From Bilabrum cf. latius (taxonomy: Eukaryota), in contig OZ237764.1 of the NCBI GenBank assembly GCA_965178125.1, positions 806,001 through 860,635 of the forward strand: a DNA stretch of 54,635 bases, written 5' to 3'. Under the pieces are notes generated by a model. That model saw only the letters and a list, made by a program, of their open reading frames with translations, ran no database searches and had not been told where the DNA came from. Shown here piece by piece: positions 1 through 11,574 of this stretch; positions within the stretch are counted from its first letter, which is position 1; each line of letters starts with the position of its first letter. The position numbers were made by a program, and so were the translations under genes.

Positions 1-539
1 AGCGCGAAGACGGCTGTTCCATGGCGATCTCACCCGCACGAATGGCGCTCTCAATCAAATACAGTGTCTATTTTGTTTCGTTCTTGGGAAGCGACACCGC
101 AAGGGCCTGGTCCCTCTGTGGATCCACGGACTTTGGCCCAAACCACTACTCGAATGCAGCCTGTGACGCACTCACGTGGGCAGAATCGTATGTTATGTAC
201 TAACAAAAGAGATTTGCAACTAAGAGAGTCGACTCCTCAAAGCCTGAGTCAATAGCACGCGCCTACAATTGCTATGGCGCTCTACACTTCGGGTACTTCG
301 CATGAACTCCCCTGCTTGCATGCAAGCAATACCACTGGCAGCGCTATTATTATGCTACTAGGAATTACGCGACCCATACTACCAATTTGACGTATCTGAG
401 AGGTGCCGAAGGGCTGAATGTCCATTCGGCCGAATCTTCATCTTGAACGATTGCGGCACACAAACTTTGGCTGGGCATACAACGAAACGGCTAAACATGT
501 ATTCCCACAAATTCCACTGCAGACCCTGTAAAACGAGCA

Positions 540-1329
540 TCATGAGCCCCCACTCGCCGCACCAGCCCCGGTCGCTGCCCCGGACCCCTTCTTGCCCTTG
601 CTCTGCTTGACGTTGAGCTCTCTCGCCACCTTGTCCATGAACTCCCTCACCTTTGTAGCGCTCGCCTTCTCATCGACGTCCGCAGAGCGCACGGCAGCTC
701 GCAGGGCGCCCTCCATGGCCGCAGCCCCGCCGTCCAGCGCCTCGAACTTCCCGATCAGCTCGTCCAGGTCGGACGGCTGCACGTCGCGGCCAATGGCACT
801 CTTCACAATAACCAAGGACTTCTCCTAGTCCAACTCAGCGTCCAACACGCCAGCGTACTTTGCCTTCAGCACAAGCTCCTCTACCTCATCGGTGTCCTTC
901 AGATCCAAGTCCTTGCTTAGCTGATCGTAAGATAGCTCGCGGCTAGATTGTGCCATCGTCACAATGGAAAGTTGTTTAAGTTTCGATATGTGCTTGTCGG
1001 TTAGGTCGGGCATTTCTCGTTCCTTGGCTGCGATGGCGGTGCACGCATGATCCGCACTCGCAACATTTGCTACACTTCTTGCGCACTCACTGAACAAATG
1101 TTCCGAATTTCTTACCCTTATAATCTGAATATGTTCCAAAAGCAAACAATTCTAACGCCTTTTTCCACTTGCTCGTAACGACGTGCTTCATTCCATCGTG
1201 GTCAAGAAGCTCGCCAAACACCAGCACCTTTGGATCGGCAAGAGCCTACCGGATTGCCCCATCGATACCGCCTGCCGATGATGCTGAATCAAACAACACG
1301 AAATACTTTTCTAAGGCACCCGCTGACAT
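540..1329 (-). CDS. CSN7: COP9 signalosome subunit 7 (PCI domain), ~233 aa; one intron 1028-1115; two in-frame TAG read as Gln
   Basis: Manual translation: MSAGALEKYF...AIR*ALADPKVLVFGELL...LELFAFGTYSDY|...KLKQLSIVTMA...LSYDQL...LDAELD*EKSLVIVKSAIGRDV. It matches remembered CSN7 motifs (QxLxxPxxxVFGELL, LFAxGTYxDY, LDQ, GRD). A GTAAG...CGCAG intron restores the frame; stop is TGA. Confidence 0.88.
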
Positions 1330-1591
1330 GATATGCTTGAAATGGAATCGTTCTTACCGAGAATGCGGAACCTATCTAGGCCCGTGAAATGCGCGGCGCC
1401 TGACCATCGGTGGTACTGCTGTTTATTCCACAAGAAACCCACCACTGGCCACTACAATCACCAAGAATCGTATGGTTTATGAGTCAATACGGGTTTAAGA
1501 TTACATCTTGAAGTGCTGTGTCGCTAGATCACCCGCTTGGGCAGAGCGAGCGGGTGTCCCAAGTTTTGTTAGCTTTGCAACCCAGCCTGAC

Positions 1592-4500
1592 ATGCTGGTG
1601 CAACGAATGGCCTTTGTGCTATTATTATTAGTGTGTATGCGGGATACAGAATCATCGTAGCGATAGCAGCTGCAGGTTTTGGTCGAAGGCTGGTCATCGT
1701 ACTTGCATAGCTACGCAATTGTAGGCAAGTCGCTCACTGTGGGTCTCTTGCAGCAAAGGGGTGCTTCCGTCCGGTTCAGAGAAGTAGGCCAAGGGCCACA
1801 CACGACACTTTCGCCACATTAGAATGTCTCCGCGCTTCCTACTCTAGAGGAAGCCCAATTCGATTCAGTTCCGACAGCGTGTTTTCCAGATGAGTGCACT
1901 CGCGGACCGAGCGCTGGGAGCGTTTTCCCTATCAAATTGACAGGAAACGAATCAAATACTAAATCGTCTTAGAATGGAGAGATCGTACGATGGGAGCCAC
2001 AGCGGCCGCAATGTCACCCGGCCCCCCGCCGCTCTCCGTCGTGCTGCCCTGACCTCATCGTTAGGGCCTCGTTTCCCATCGACGTTTCAGCCCCGCGGGA
2101 ATGCCCCGACGCCCTTGTGCTAGTTCACGGCACATCGGAGCAGATGGTAGCCCCCGTGCACATCTGGCAGGCGGGCCTGGACCCCCTTGTTCCCTGGGAA
2201 TCGATGGACCCGAGGGTGCAGCTGGTCACCCCCTCCCGCTGGGCATGCAGGGGGTTTCTCGCCCAGGGGGCCGAGCGGTGCCACAAGGTGCCGCACGGGG
2301 TACACGATTCGTGGATCAGACCCGCGAGGGGGTTGCTAGGGAGAGTGGGCAGGAGACGGGGGGCTGGGCTGGGGCTAGGGCTGGTGCCGTCACCCCGAGC
2401 CCATGCTAGTGTCAGCGCGCACCGCCCTATTCTGCCTGACGGGGCCATGCCTCCCAGAATACTGGGGAAGACTGAAGCAGGCAGGAGGGAGGCTCTCTGG
2501 AGGATCATGGGCATGCACCAGCTGGGCCGAGGTCGAGGGCGGGAAGGTAGCAGTGTGGAGCGGGGGGGGTCGTAGGGTGACACCCGCGAGGATGCGAAGA
2601 GCGGAGAGATGGGTGGCGGCGATGGGGCTGGGATGAGGTGGGGCGGGCTGCCCATGCCGCAGCTGTTGATTCGTATGGAAGATTCTCCGGGTCTTGCTCA
2701 TCGATTTGGTGAGAGGCGCGTGTCTGAGACAGCTCCTGCTGATGCGACTGTAAGGCAGCCAGACGGGCTTGTCCCCCCTGGATTTCTTGACATGCAGCGG
2801 CTGAGGGCGGGGCATGGATAGTGTGTGGTTCTGATGCATACCAGTGCGCTAACAGACAACAAGCTTGTTCATTTTCAGCTGATTGGGCTGCATATGGCTC
2901 TGGTGGCGCTGGATGCGGTGGCTGAAGCTGCGGGGGTGGGGCGGGGTGGTGGCAGGGGCTGGTTTGACACTCGGCTAGGCGTGCACGCAGATGCGGGGGA
3001 CGGAGACGTACACGGCATGGAAGGCCCGTGTGTGCTACTGCTAGTCAAAGGGCTCTCCTCGGCATACAAGACAGATAAGCTGGTGCACAAAGCGGTGGTT
3101 CGGGCACTGGAGCCAGTGGGGGCGGCGCGCATGGACGCGGAAGAGACCTCGTAGCTGCTGGGTCTGAGCCAGGACGAGTCGGTGAGGGGTGCTGGCAAGC
3201 CGGGAGTGGACCACAGAGCCGTGCCCTCTCTAGTGCTCAATTCCACAGAGGCTCCGTCGCAGGTGCTAAGGACCATCAAGCGGAGGGTGCTGCTGAGCGA
3301 TGAGCCTGCCTCGGGGGACCAGATGCGCGACCTGTTCGCAGCATCCGATGCATACCTGGCCCCGTATTCCGCAGAAGGCTTTAATCTGCCCGCGCTGGAG
3401 GCAGCAGCGGTGGGGACCCCTGTCATAGTGACCAAGGGCGGTCCCACCGACGAGTACCTTAGAGACGACGTGGCAGCGCGGGTGTCTGCCGTCGAGTCGC
3501 AGGTGTGGAGCAAAGCCATGGGCATGCACGTCACGATGCTGCAGCCAGACCTGGGTGATCTAACGTGCAAGATCATTCAGGCTATCTTGGCGGCGCAGCC
3601 AATTCGTAACGACGTGAAACGCATGTTGATGGGGCTGCGCAGGCGCACGCCGTTCGAACACAGGCAGCGCCAGGCCGAATGGCTGGGCGAGCGGATCCGC
3701 TCGTTTTCCTCTTTTATCCCGCTTGCAGACCCGACGAAGCTGGCGAGCGTGTTCGATCGACTCCAGGTCGCAGATGCACGGGAGTGGACCAGGCAGGCTG
3801 CGAGGGCGGGGCCCGCGGCTGCAGCGGAGGGTCTGACCTGGCGGCGGGCGGCGGGTTCCTTTCTGACGCTGGCGAAGACGCTCAGGGGGCGACTCGGTCT
3901 CGCGACCCAGCAGCAGCTCGGGCGTGGCCAGCTCCCCCACTCTGGCTCGAATCGGGGTAGTCGAAGCAGTGGGTCGAACGAGGAGGAGGCACCGCTTCTG
4001 CTGACCGATGAAGAAGCGGTGAGCCGGGGCAGGCGGGCACGGTTCGGCCTGCTTGTGATCGAAGACGGGCTAGGGGGCTGGGGGCACTGGTTTGGGGATG
4101 GGATGGGGGCGGGGCGCGTCGTGTTTGCAGGTGGTGGCACTGAGTCGGACGAGCGAGGGCTTCTCCCTCGGATCGACGGTTCGCTCTGCGAATCGGAAGC
4201 CTGCGTGGAGGCGGCTTCTTAGGCGGCTTACTCGTGGTGGTGGGCGCGCGTGTGCTTTGATTCCAGCTGTGCGAGCGCAACGAGATCTGAGGGTGGAGCA
4301 GGAGGATAGACTCCGTCCTCCGGCAGCAAGCAGGAAGCTGGTGGTGTATCGCCCGCGATTGCTGCTGGCGGCCCGATCGCTCGCCTGATGCTTCCTACTC
4401 TCACGATCTCTAGTGGCAATGAGAACGCCACAGATGCAAGCACGAGCGCGCGAACTTCGGAAGCAGCGCTGCCTGATCCCGAGTCCTCATTCAGCAAATT

Positions 4501-7500
4501 GCTGGCATGCTCTGGCTTGGTGCGTGCTTGGATTCAGAGGCACGATGCATTTGCACAAGCAAGGGATGGCGCGCCGCAGGCTGGAGGGCAGAGTGGTCGT
4601 CCGCTGCCGAGGGGTCGGGCATGGCAGCAGCAGGGATGGGACGAGCTCGCAGACACGGTGCTGGCCGAGGCCGGGGACGAGAGGGAGGGGGGAATTCAGC
4701 AGACCCACCAAGCTGGGGACCTGGTAGATAGTGGAGTCGGCGACAGCCTGACCAAGCAAGAGGGTTATATCGAGCCGGATACCCCTTCTATTGGAGCTGT
4801 CAAGCTGATGGTGGCCGCCTGTGTCAGCGATCTGTCCGCTGCAGCGGCCAGCGCGATCGAACTGACCGCTGGCACGCTGGACGGGACGCCGTCATTTGCG
4901 CTGAGCGGGGCGGCAGCGGGGCAGGACCTCGTGAATCGGACCCTGTCCGGCTGGGCGCAACGTGTGGTTGTGGTGCAGCAGGAGCAAGGTGGTTAGGAGC
5001 GGTCCGAACCGAGAGATGCTGCACTGCAGCGGTCGCGAGCCCGACGGCAAGAAAGGATTCTGCTCGGGTCACTGTCAAGCATCCACGCCAAGCCTGGCGC
5101 ATACTCGTCGCAGAAGACTTCAAGCGGCTCGCGCGAGCCAGTCCTAAGCTCCACCCAGCGCGAAACGGAGCAGGGCGTGGGGTCTGCAGTGGCCCTGGAC
5201 GAGGAGAGCGGCCGTGCCTTCGACGAGTTCTCCCGGGCTATGTCGCTGGCCACGTCCGACACATCGGGACGAGGCAGGCACCTGGCGTTTCTCTCTGCCG
5301 TAGACCAAGCCAGGGAGCCTCTGGAGCTGCTGCTAGACTCGAGCGGAGCGGTGTGGTCGGGGGCAGCGATCAACAGGCCGCTGCTTAGAGCGTACGGGAT
5401 CGGAAGCGTGTGTATGAGAGCATATAAGCTACCCACCGCTGCTACCAATAGCAGCGAAGCAAATGGTCATGAGGAGTTTACCACGGAGGGTATTTTGGAT
5501 GTGGATGCGATTGACGTGTTGAGAGAAGGCAAGGAGTCGGCTGGGTGCGGTGAAGCAGCACCAGGACACACTGCTTGGCTAAACAGAACCTCGAGTGCAG
5601 TATCGCTGAGGATAAACGCGAGCGCCAAGCCGACGCTGCTCAAGCTTCGACTTCCGTCAGGCTGGTGCTTTTTGGCAGATGGGGCCGCCGCCCCTAGCCC
5701 GGACGAAGCATCTGCCTCGAGTCATACTATCCTCGCTAGACTGCTCGATGCGACTGGGATGAGCCTGCCTGATGCACGGTCGCAGGTCAAGGACCGAGAG
5801 CCAGGCCAGGGCGTGTGCCTCCAGGCCATCCTGGCAGCAGTGAGCCCTCTGCTGCCGCCCTCGCCCACGGGTGGAGAGCTGGACAACCAAGGCAACTCGG
5901 AGTTGATTGCAGGTACTGCGCTGACCGCTATCGCAGAGTACGGATACCCAGCGAGCGTCCAGGGCGGGGGTTGGGGCGTGGTGCACCAGTCCGGCGTTTG
6001 GCACATGCAGCGGCAGGCCGAGTCGAACGGTACATCCATGGTCCAGCTGGGCCTCGCCTCACCCCTAGAGGTGTCGGCGGAGTGGTCGGGCATGGGGCAC
6101 GTGGAGCCGGCCCTGAGACTGCTGCACGCGGTGCATCGCATTGACACGGCCGCAGCCCGCAGCATGCTCGACAGCCACCTGCCCAAGGACAGGGATGGTT
6201 TCTCGAGGACGAGGGCGGCACTGGGAGACAGACTGAGGCGGTCCATCGCGGCGGTGGGCGTCGCCACTGCTGCACTGCTGCCGAGCCAGCCGCTGCCAGT
6301 CCCCATCCAGTCCTGCCACGCCGTGTCCGGGGCAGCCCAGCGAGCCCGGCTGTTGGCCAAGCGGCTGGAAGGGCTACCCATGGCGGTTCGGTCGGACAAG
6401 TGCCTGGACTCTCGGGGCGGGGCGCTGTCGGTATCCCTGCAGCAGGCCCTAGAGCTAAACGGAGACGATGGCTCAAGCACCGCTAATTCCGGGTCCACCT
6501 CGCGCAACTCACTGCTGTCACGGCATTCTTCTCTCCGCTGCTCAACGCTCGCCGGGGTGAGGCCGCTGCATCCGCACCTCAGCAGCGTGCCCGGGTTCAG
6601 TGCCCCGCACATGGGCTGCGCCTGTGCCGAAGCGCTGCAAGCAGCAGGGGCGGGGCACCGTGTGTCTGGTTCCGAGCTGCCATTCTACTACCAGCAGGTG
6701 AATCGTCTCCTGCGAGCGGCCAAGCCCTCCCTGTCCCACCATGGGTGGCACCTGCAGGCTGAGGAGGACGCCGCTGGGTGGATGCTGCCGCTCACCGCGG
6801 GGCATAGGGACGGCATCGCCGGCAGTCCGCTCAAGGCGGGAGCAGCCGGTCTCAGGGTCAAGGCACTCGGTCTTGACCGGGCCCTGGCCCCGAGATCCAA
6901 TCGGGCGAGCTGGAAGACTAGGCGGAGGGATGGGGATGGCAAGCAAGCGAGGGTGCGAGTGGGTGTGGTTTCGAGCACTATGCGCCTGCACTCGTCGGGT
7001 CGAGCGTTTGCGGGCCTCGTGGCGGCACTGGCACGGCGACCCGATGAGCTAGATGTGACAGTGTTCACCATCCCTGAGAAGTGGCCCGAGAGCACTGCCC
7101 ACCTGACCAACTTCACGAGGGCGGGACAGAGCCAAAGCATGGGGAATCAACCTCACTAGCAACAGTAGTCCCAGGATTAGGAGGGTCCCAGCTACCTGGA
7201 GTGGCCCTCGGCCAGGCCTCAGCTTGCCGATCTCACCGCTCTGCTGCACGCCGCGCAGACTTCGCCGGTGATGTCAGGTCCCTACTACGACCCGCAGGAA
7301 GCCGGTCTGTCGGAGCACGCCCGGGTACGAGACGACGCGAGCAGGCTAGGGGCGCAGTCGAGCGTGCATCCGAGATTCAAGCGCGGGCAGCCCAAGTCGC
7401 ATGCTTCCGACCGGATCGTTGCATACCTCGCTGGTTTGCCGCACCTCAGGTGGCGCAGGCTGCCCGTCTTGCCCCTCTCCAAGAGCAGGGCCATGCTGGA

Positions 7501-8800
7501 GAGGAGATACCTGCAAGCATGGGCGGGCGGCCGGGCGAGCGGCAGCTCGAACAGCACGGCAGGTACGCCCAGACCGCCCCCAACCGTCATCGTAGACGAG
7601 CTCAGCGCGGCTCGGCACGTGCTGGAAGAGGCCGCCCTGGACGTCCTCCTGTTCACCGACCTCGGCTTGCACGCCCCGCAGACTCTGCTGGGCCATTCGC
7701 GGCTCGCCCCGGTGCAGGTGAGCACGTGGGTGTTCCCTGCCAGCGTGCAGCTGCCCGCCATCGACTACATGCTGGTGGGTGAGTGCATGCTCCGAGAGCT
7801 GGAACTCGCGGGCGAGTCCACGGGTGGCTATGAGAAGGAGCGGGGAGAGCCGAGGGGCGTGTCCACAGTGGTCCCGGCCCAGGGGCCGCTGGCCGGAGTG
7901 GTGCGGGAGCAGGCCGTCATGCTCCCCGGTCTGGGGGCGCACTTGATCCTGCCACTGGCCCACTAGGGCATGGAGAGGGGCGCCGCGCAAAGGTTCCGCA
8001 ATTCCATGCTCGACGCCGCGCTCGGTCCCCTGGGTCAGTAGCATGGGCAGGAGAAGGATCACGCTGGGCATGGCAGGACAGCGGCAGGCGGCACGGGAGA
8101 TGCTAGCCTCTACGTGGTGCTCGGCAAGGCGCCCAAGTGGAGCCCTGCCATGGCAGATGCGATCGTGGCGATCCTGGCTCGCAACCCAAGCGCGGTGCTT
8201 CTGGTGCTAGAGGGGAAGACGAGGGAAGTTGGTGGCAGTGAGGATAGGCTTCCTGCCAGTCCCGCGCGGGATCGGCTGCCGAAATCTAGCCAGGTGGAGA
8301 TGCTGCGGGCTGCTGTGGATCGTGCGCAGCCCGGAGGTTGGGTGGGCAAGGACAGGAGCCGCCTACTGGCTCGCATGGTGTTCTGGCACCGCGTGCCCAG
8401 CAAGGAGCTGCTGACTTTGCTAGGCGCGTGCACAGCCGTGCTGGACACGTTTCCGTACACCGGCTTCACCACGACTACCGATGCGCTGGCATGCAGTGCA
8501 CCCGTCGTGACGATGGGTCCCTCTGGGCCGGATGCGGTGCTATCCAGTGGTTCTCTGGCGCCGCTGCAAGGGCCTGCTCTGCTGCGGGCGGCTGGGCTGG
8601 GGCAGCTCGTGGCGAGGGATGTGGCCGCCTATGCGGATCTGGCGTTGCGGCTTGGGAAGGACGAATCCTTCCGAGACTCGATCGTGCAGAGGATGGGGGG
8701 CGCACTGCATGAAGCTGCGAGCGAGAATGATGCGGTGGGGGACGCGCTGGTGGAGTTTGTGCTCCGAGTGGGCATGGCGCACTCGGTCACAGCGGGGTGA
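1592..8800 (+). CDS. Large (~2402 aa) glycosyltransferase: hydrophobic N-terminus, GT4/GT-B-like domain and C-terminal GT41 (OGT/SPINDLY-like) catalytic domain
   Basis: Track ORFs starting at 2117, 2609, 2825, 3182, 4388, 5177, 7268 and 8114 are all in one frame and separated only by TAG. Motifs: VEGWSSYLHSYAIV; DAYLAPYSAEGFNLPALEAAAVGTPVIVT (GT4-like); RVGVVSSTMRLHSSGR, RLAPVQVSTW, IDY, LDTFPYTGFTTTTDAL (GT41-like). Ends at TGA 8798-8800. Confidence 0.8.
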
Positions 8801-8943
8801 TCTTGCGCACTGACTACTTGAGGGCAGATACAGCCGCCTACGGTTCAGGTCTATCCTTATTTTGGATACCATCACCTTAATAACGAATAAATTGTCTACT
8901 CGTATATGTATACGGGTATACCAAGAGTGGTCCTGTGGATTCA

Positions 8944-11337
8944 TCAATCATCGCTTTCGTCGCTGTCCTCATCGCTGTCGCTGTCCGACTCCTCCTCGCT
9001 CTCCCCGTCCATCTTGAGCTGAGTCACCACGTCTTCGCCCTCTACGTCTTCTTCGTCCTCATCGTCGCTGGAATCACTGCTGGATTCGCCATCGGCTCCA
9101 GCTGCCTCGCCATCCATGCCTACCTGCCCATCGGCTCCGGCATCGTCGCCGCTGCCCGACCCAGACTCGCCGTCACTATCACTGTCACTATCACCGTCGC
9201 TATCGCCGTCAGAGCCCTCCGCACCCGTCCTAGCTGTGCCAAGAACGAGCTTGCCCGTCCCACCACCTGCCGCAGCCTGGCTCTCTACCTTTGCTTGAGC
9301 AGCCACACGCGCCCCCTCTCCGCCGAGACTCTTCAACCGAGCAGCGCGCACCCGCGCCCGCTCTCCCGCCATAAACCCGCGCACTGCCTCCAGGTCGGTG
9401 GGGGCAGCTTCCAGGGACTCCCTGGCCCGCTGCACCGCGGCTGCCCTGGCCTCGCCGTAGTCCACCACCGCTCTTGCCGCTGCCCGCCACTGCGGCTTGC
9501 CCCCGCACCGCCTCGCAAACTTGCGAAGCCGCATCAGCACCGGCCCCGCCAGTTCGGGGAAGCTCACGGAGCACGAGTGCTGCCTCAGCGCGTCCTGCAC
9601 GAGCCCCAGGGCCCTAGAGGCCACTGCGTCCTAGAAGTGCATCCTCCTCTGCAGAGAAGGCCGCGCCCGCACTAGCACCCGCAGCGGGTCCGAGGAGCCG
9701 AGGGGCCTGCCCCCATCCCCATCAGATGCTTTGGAGTGCAGCTGGGGCGCCTCCAGCACGGCCATACACAGGGGCAGCACGGGGACAAGCTGGTCCGTGG
9801 CCCACGCCAGCTGCAGTGCGAGGTCGGCAAGGTGCAGCCGAAGCGGGACAAGCTCGAAGGACGCAGAGGCTTGGGCGGCGCCCAGCAGCAGCTGCAGGCA
9901 AGGGTACACCAGCTCCGCAAGAGGCGCGTCAGGTGTCGCCCCGTGGGCCCGCAGCACCGCCGTCCAGAGCCTCAGCGCGGACAGGAACTGCCACGACTGC
10001 ACCATGCGGGTGGCCTGCTCGGAGCGGGCCGAGATCGCCGCCCGCAGGTGCGCGGCAAGCTGACGGAGATACACGAACGCATGCCTGTAGGCAGCGGCGG
10101 GCCGCAGTGCCAGCGCTTCCACGATGCAGTGCGAGTGCAGCGCAAGCCTCGGCAGGTCAGACGCGCTGACCTTGGAGGCAGCGGTGAGGTAGTGCTGGTA
10201 CATGCCCTTGAGCACTGCATCCTCCGCGGGCATGGGCAGCTCCAGGGCGGCCTGTCGCAGGCGAAGGAAGGCCACTAGCCTGAGGCCCAGGTCCTCCTGC
10301 GTGCCCTCGTCGTCGTCGTCGCTGTCTTCGCTCTCCGAGGAGGACTCGTCCGAGTAGGCGCCCCCTGCGCCGCTCCTGGCCCCGGGCCTGCCCTTCCCCT
10401 TGCCCTTCCCCTTGCCCTTGCTCCTCCTCAGCTGGCTCTGCAGAGACCCCCCTTTGCCCTTGCGCCTCCGCCCGTGCGCAGACCGGCCCAGCCCAGAGGA
10501 GGCGAATGGCACCCTGGACCCCCACACGTCCAGCAGGTGCTTCAGGAGGTGCCTGGCAGGCTTCGGGAAGGGGGCGAAGAAGGGCACCCAGCGGCGGAGA
10601 GCCCGCAGGGCGAATAGCTGAGTGTCCCTGTCTCGCAGGCGAGGCAGCAGCCGAAGCACGGACCCCACCGCGGACCGCACCATGGTGACCTGCCGCTGCC
10701 AGCCGCTGAACTATGTCACATCCAGAGGGCCACTGCCGGCCAATGATGCGGCGGAAGCGGCGGTAGATGAAGCAGACGACGAAGAAGATGTCGACGACTT
10801 CTTGCCCGATGCCTTGCCCTGTGTCGGCAGCGTTCCCAGCACTGAGATCATGAGGGCGGGCAGGTGCTTTAGGCCGGCCACGAGGGCCCTCTGCTGCACC
10901 GCGGCGCTGGGGATCGTGTACCGCAGCTGCTGCTTGGCCTGCTCCTCGATAGGAGCATCGGACCACGCCACAGCACGTAGTGCGTGCGCCATGCTTCTGA
11001 CGTCCTTCATGTTTCGCTCTCGCAGCGAGCCGCTAATGATAGACTTGAGCCCCGACAGGCTCAGAGTGATCTATCCGGACCGTTTCTCGCCGCTTGACGC
11101 AGCTCTAGCTCCCGGCATATCATCATCTGCATCTGATGCTGAATCGTCGGCGCTGTCCTCATCGCTATCGCTATCTCCGTCGCTACTGTCTGACGAGCCC
11201 GATGCGCTCGCGTCGTCTTCGCTTTCACCTGCCCCAAAGTTCAACAAGTCTGGGTTCTCCTTTACAAGAGTGGCATAGAATTCAGGGTCCTTAGTTTTCA
11301 ATTCTTCGAGCTGCTTTCGATGCTTCGAGAAGGACAT
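8944..11337 (-). CDS. NOC2: Nucleolar complex protein 2 (Noc2p family), ~797 aa
   Basis: Four same-frame ORFs joined at TAG (11071, 10711, 9631). Motifs HRKQLEELKTKDPEFY, AYRHAFVYLRQLAAHLR, VQSWQFLSALRLW, SVSFPELA and an acidic tail. Ends TGA TGA. Confidence 0.9.
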
Positions 11338-11574
11338 GGCAGGCGATTGTGTGCAAAGGCAACTCGCATGTTCTCTTCATGGAACCTTCGCAAAGGTTCT
11401 TTTTTTTCCGACGCTCACCGCTTGCTGCCCTGCGTTGTGGTTGACACCATCACCTTGCTTTCAACGCAACATTTCGCCTCAACTCACGAATTACTGGCTG
11501 TAATCTTCAGTCAATTATCGCAGTTACTACCATTTAGTTCAACTTGGTTACGTAAGCAAGCCAAGCGATCCAGC

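Noticed and set aside
1-390. 3' end of an upstream gene
   Set aside because: Two + frames are open (to 203 and, with TAG read through, to 390), but neither has a recognisable motif.
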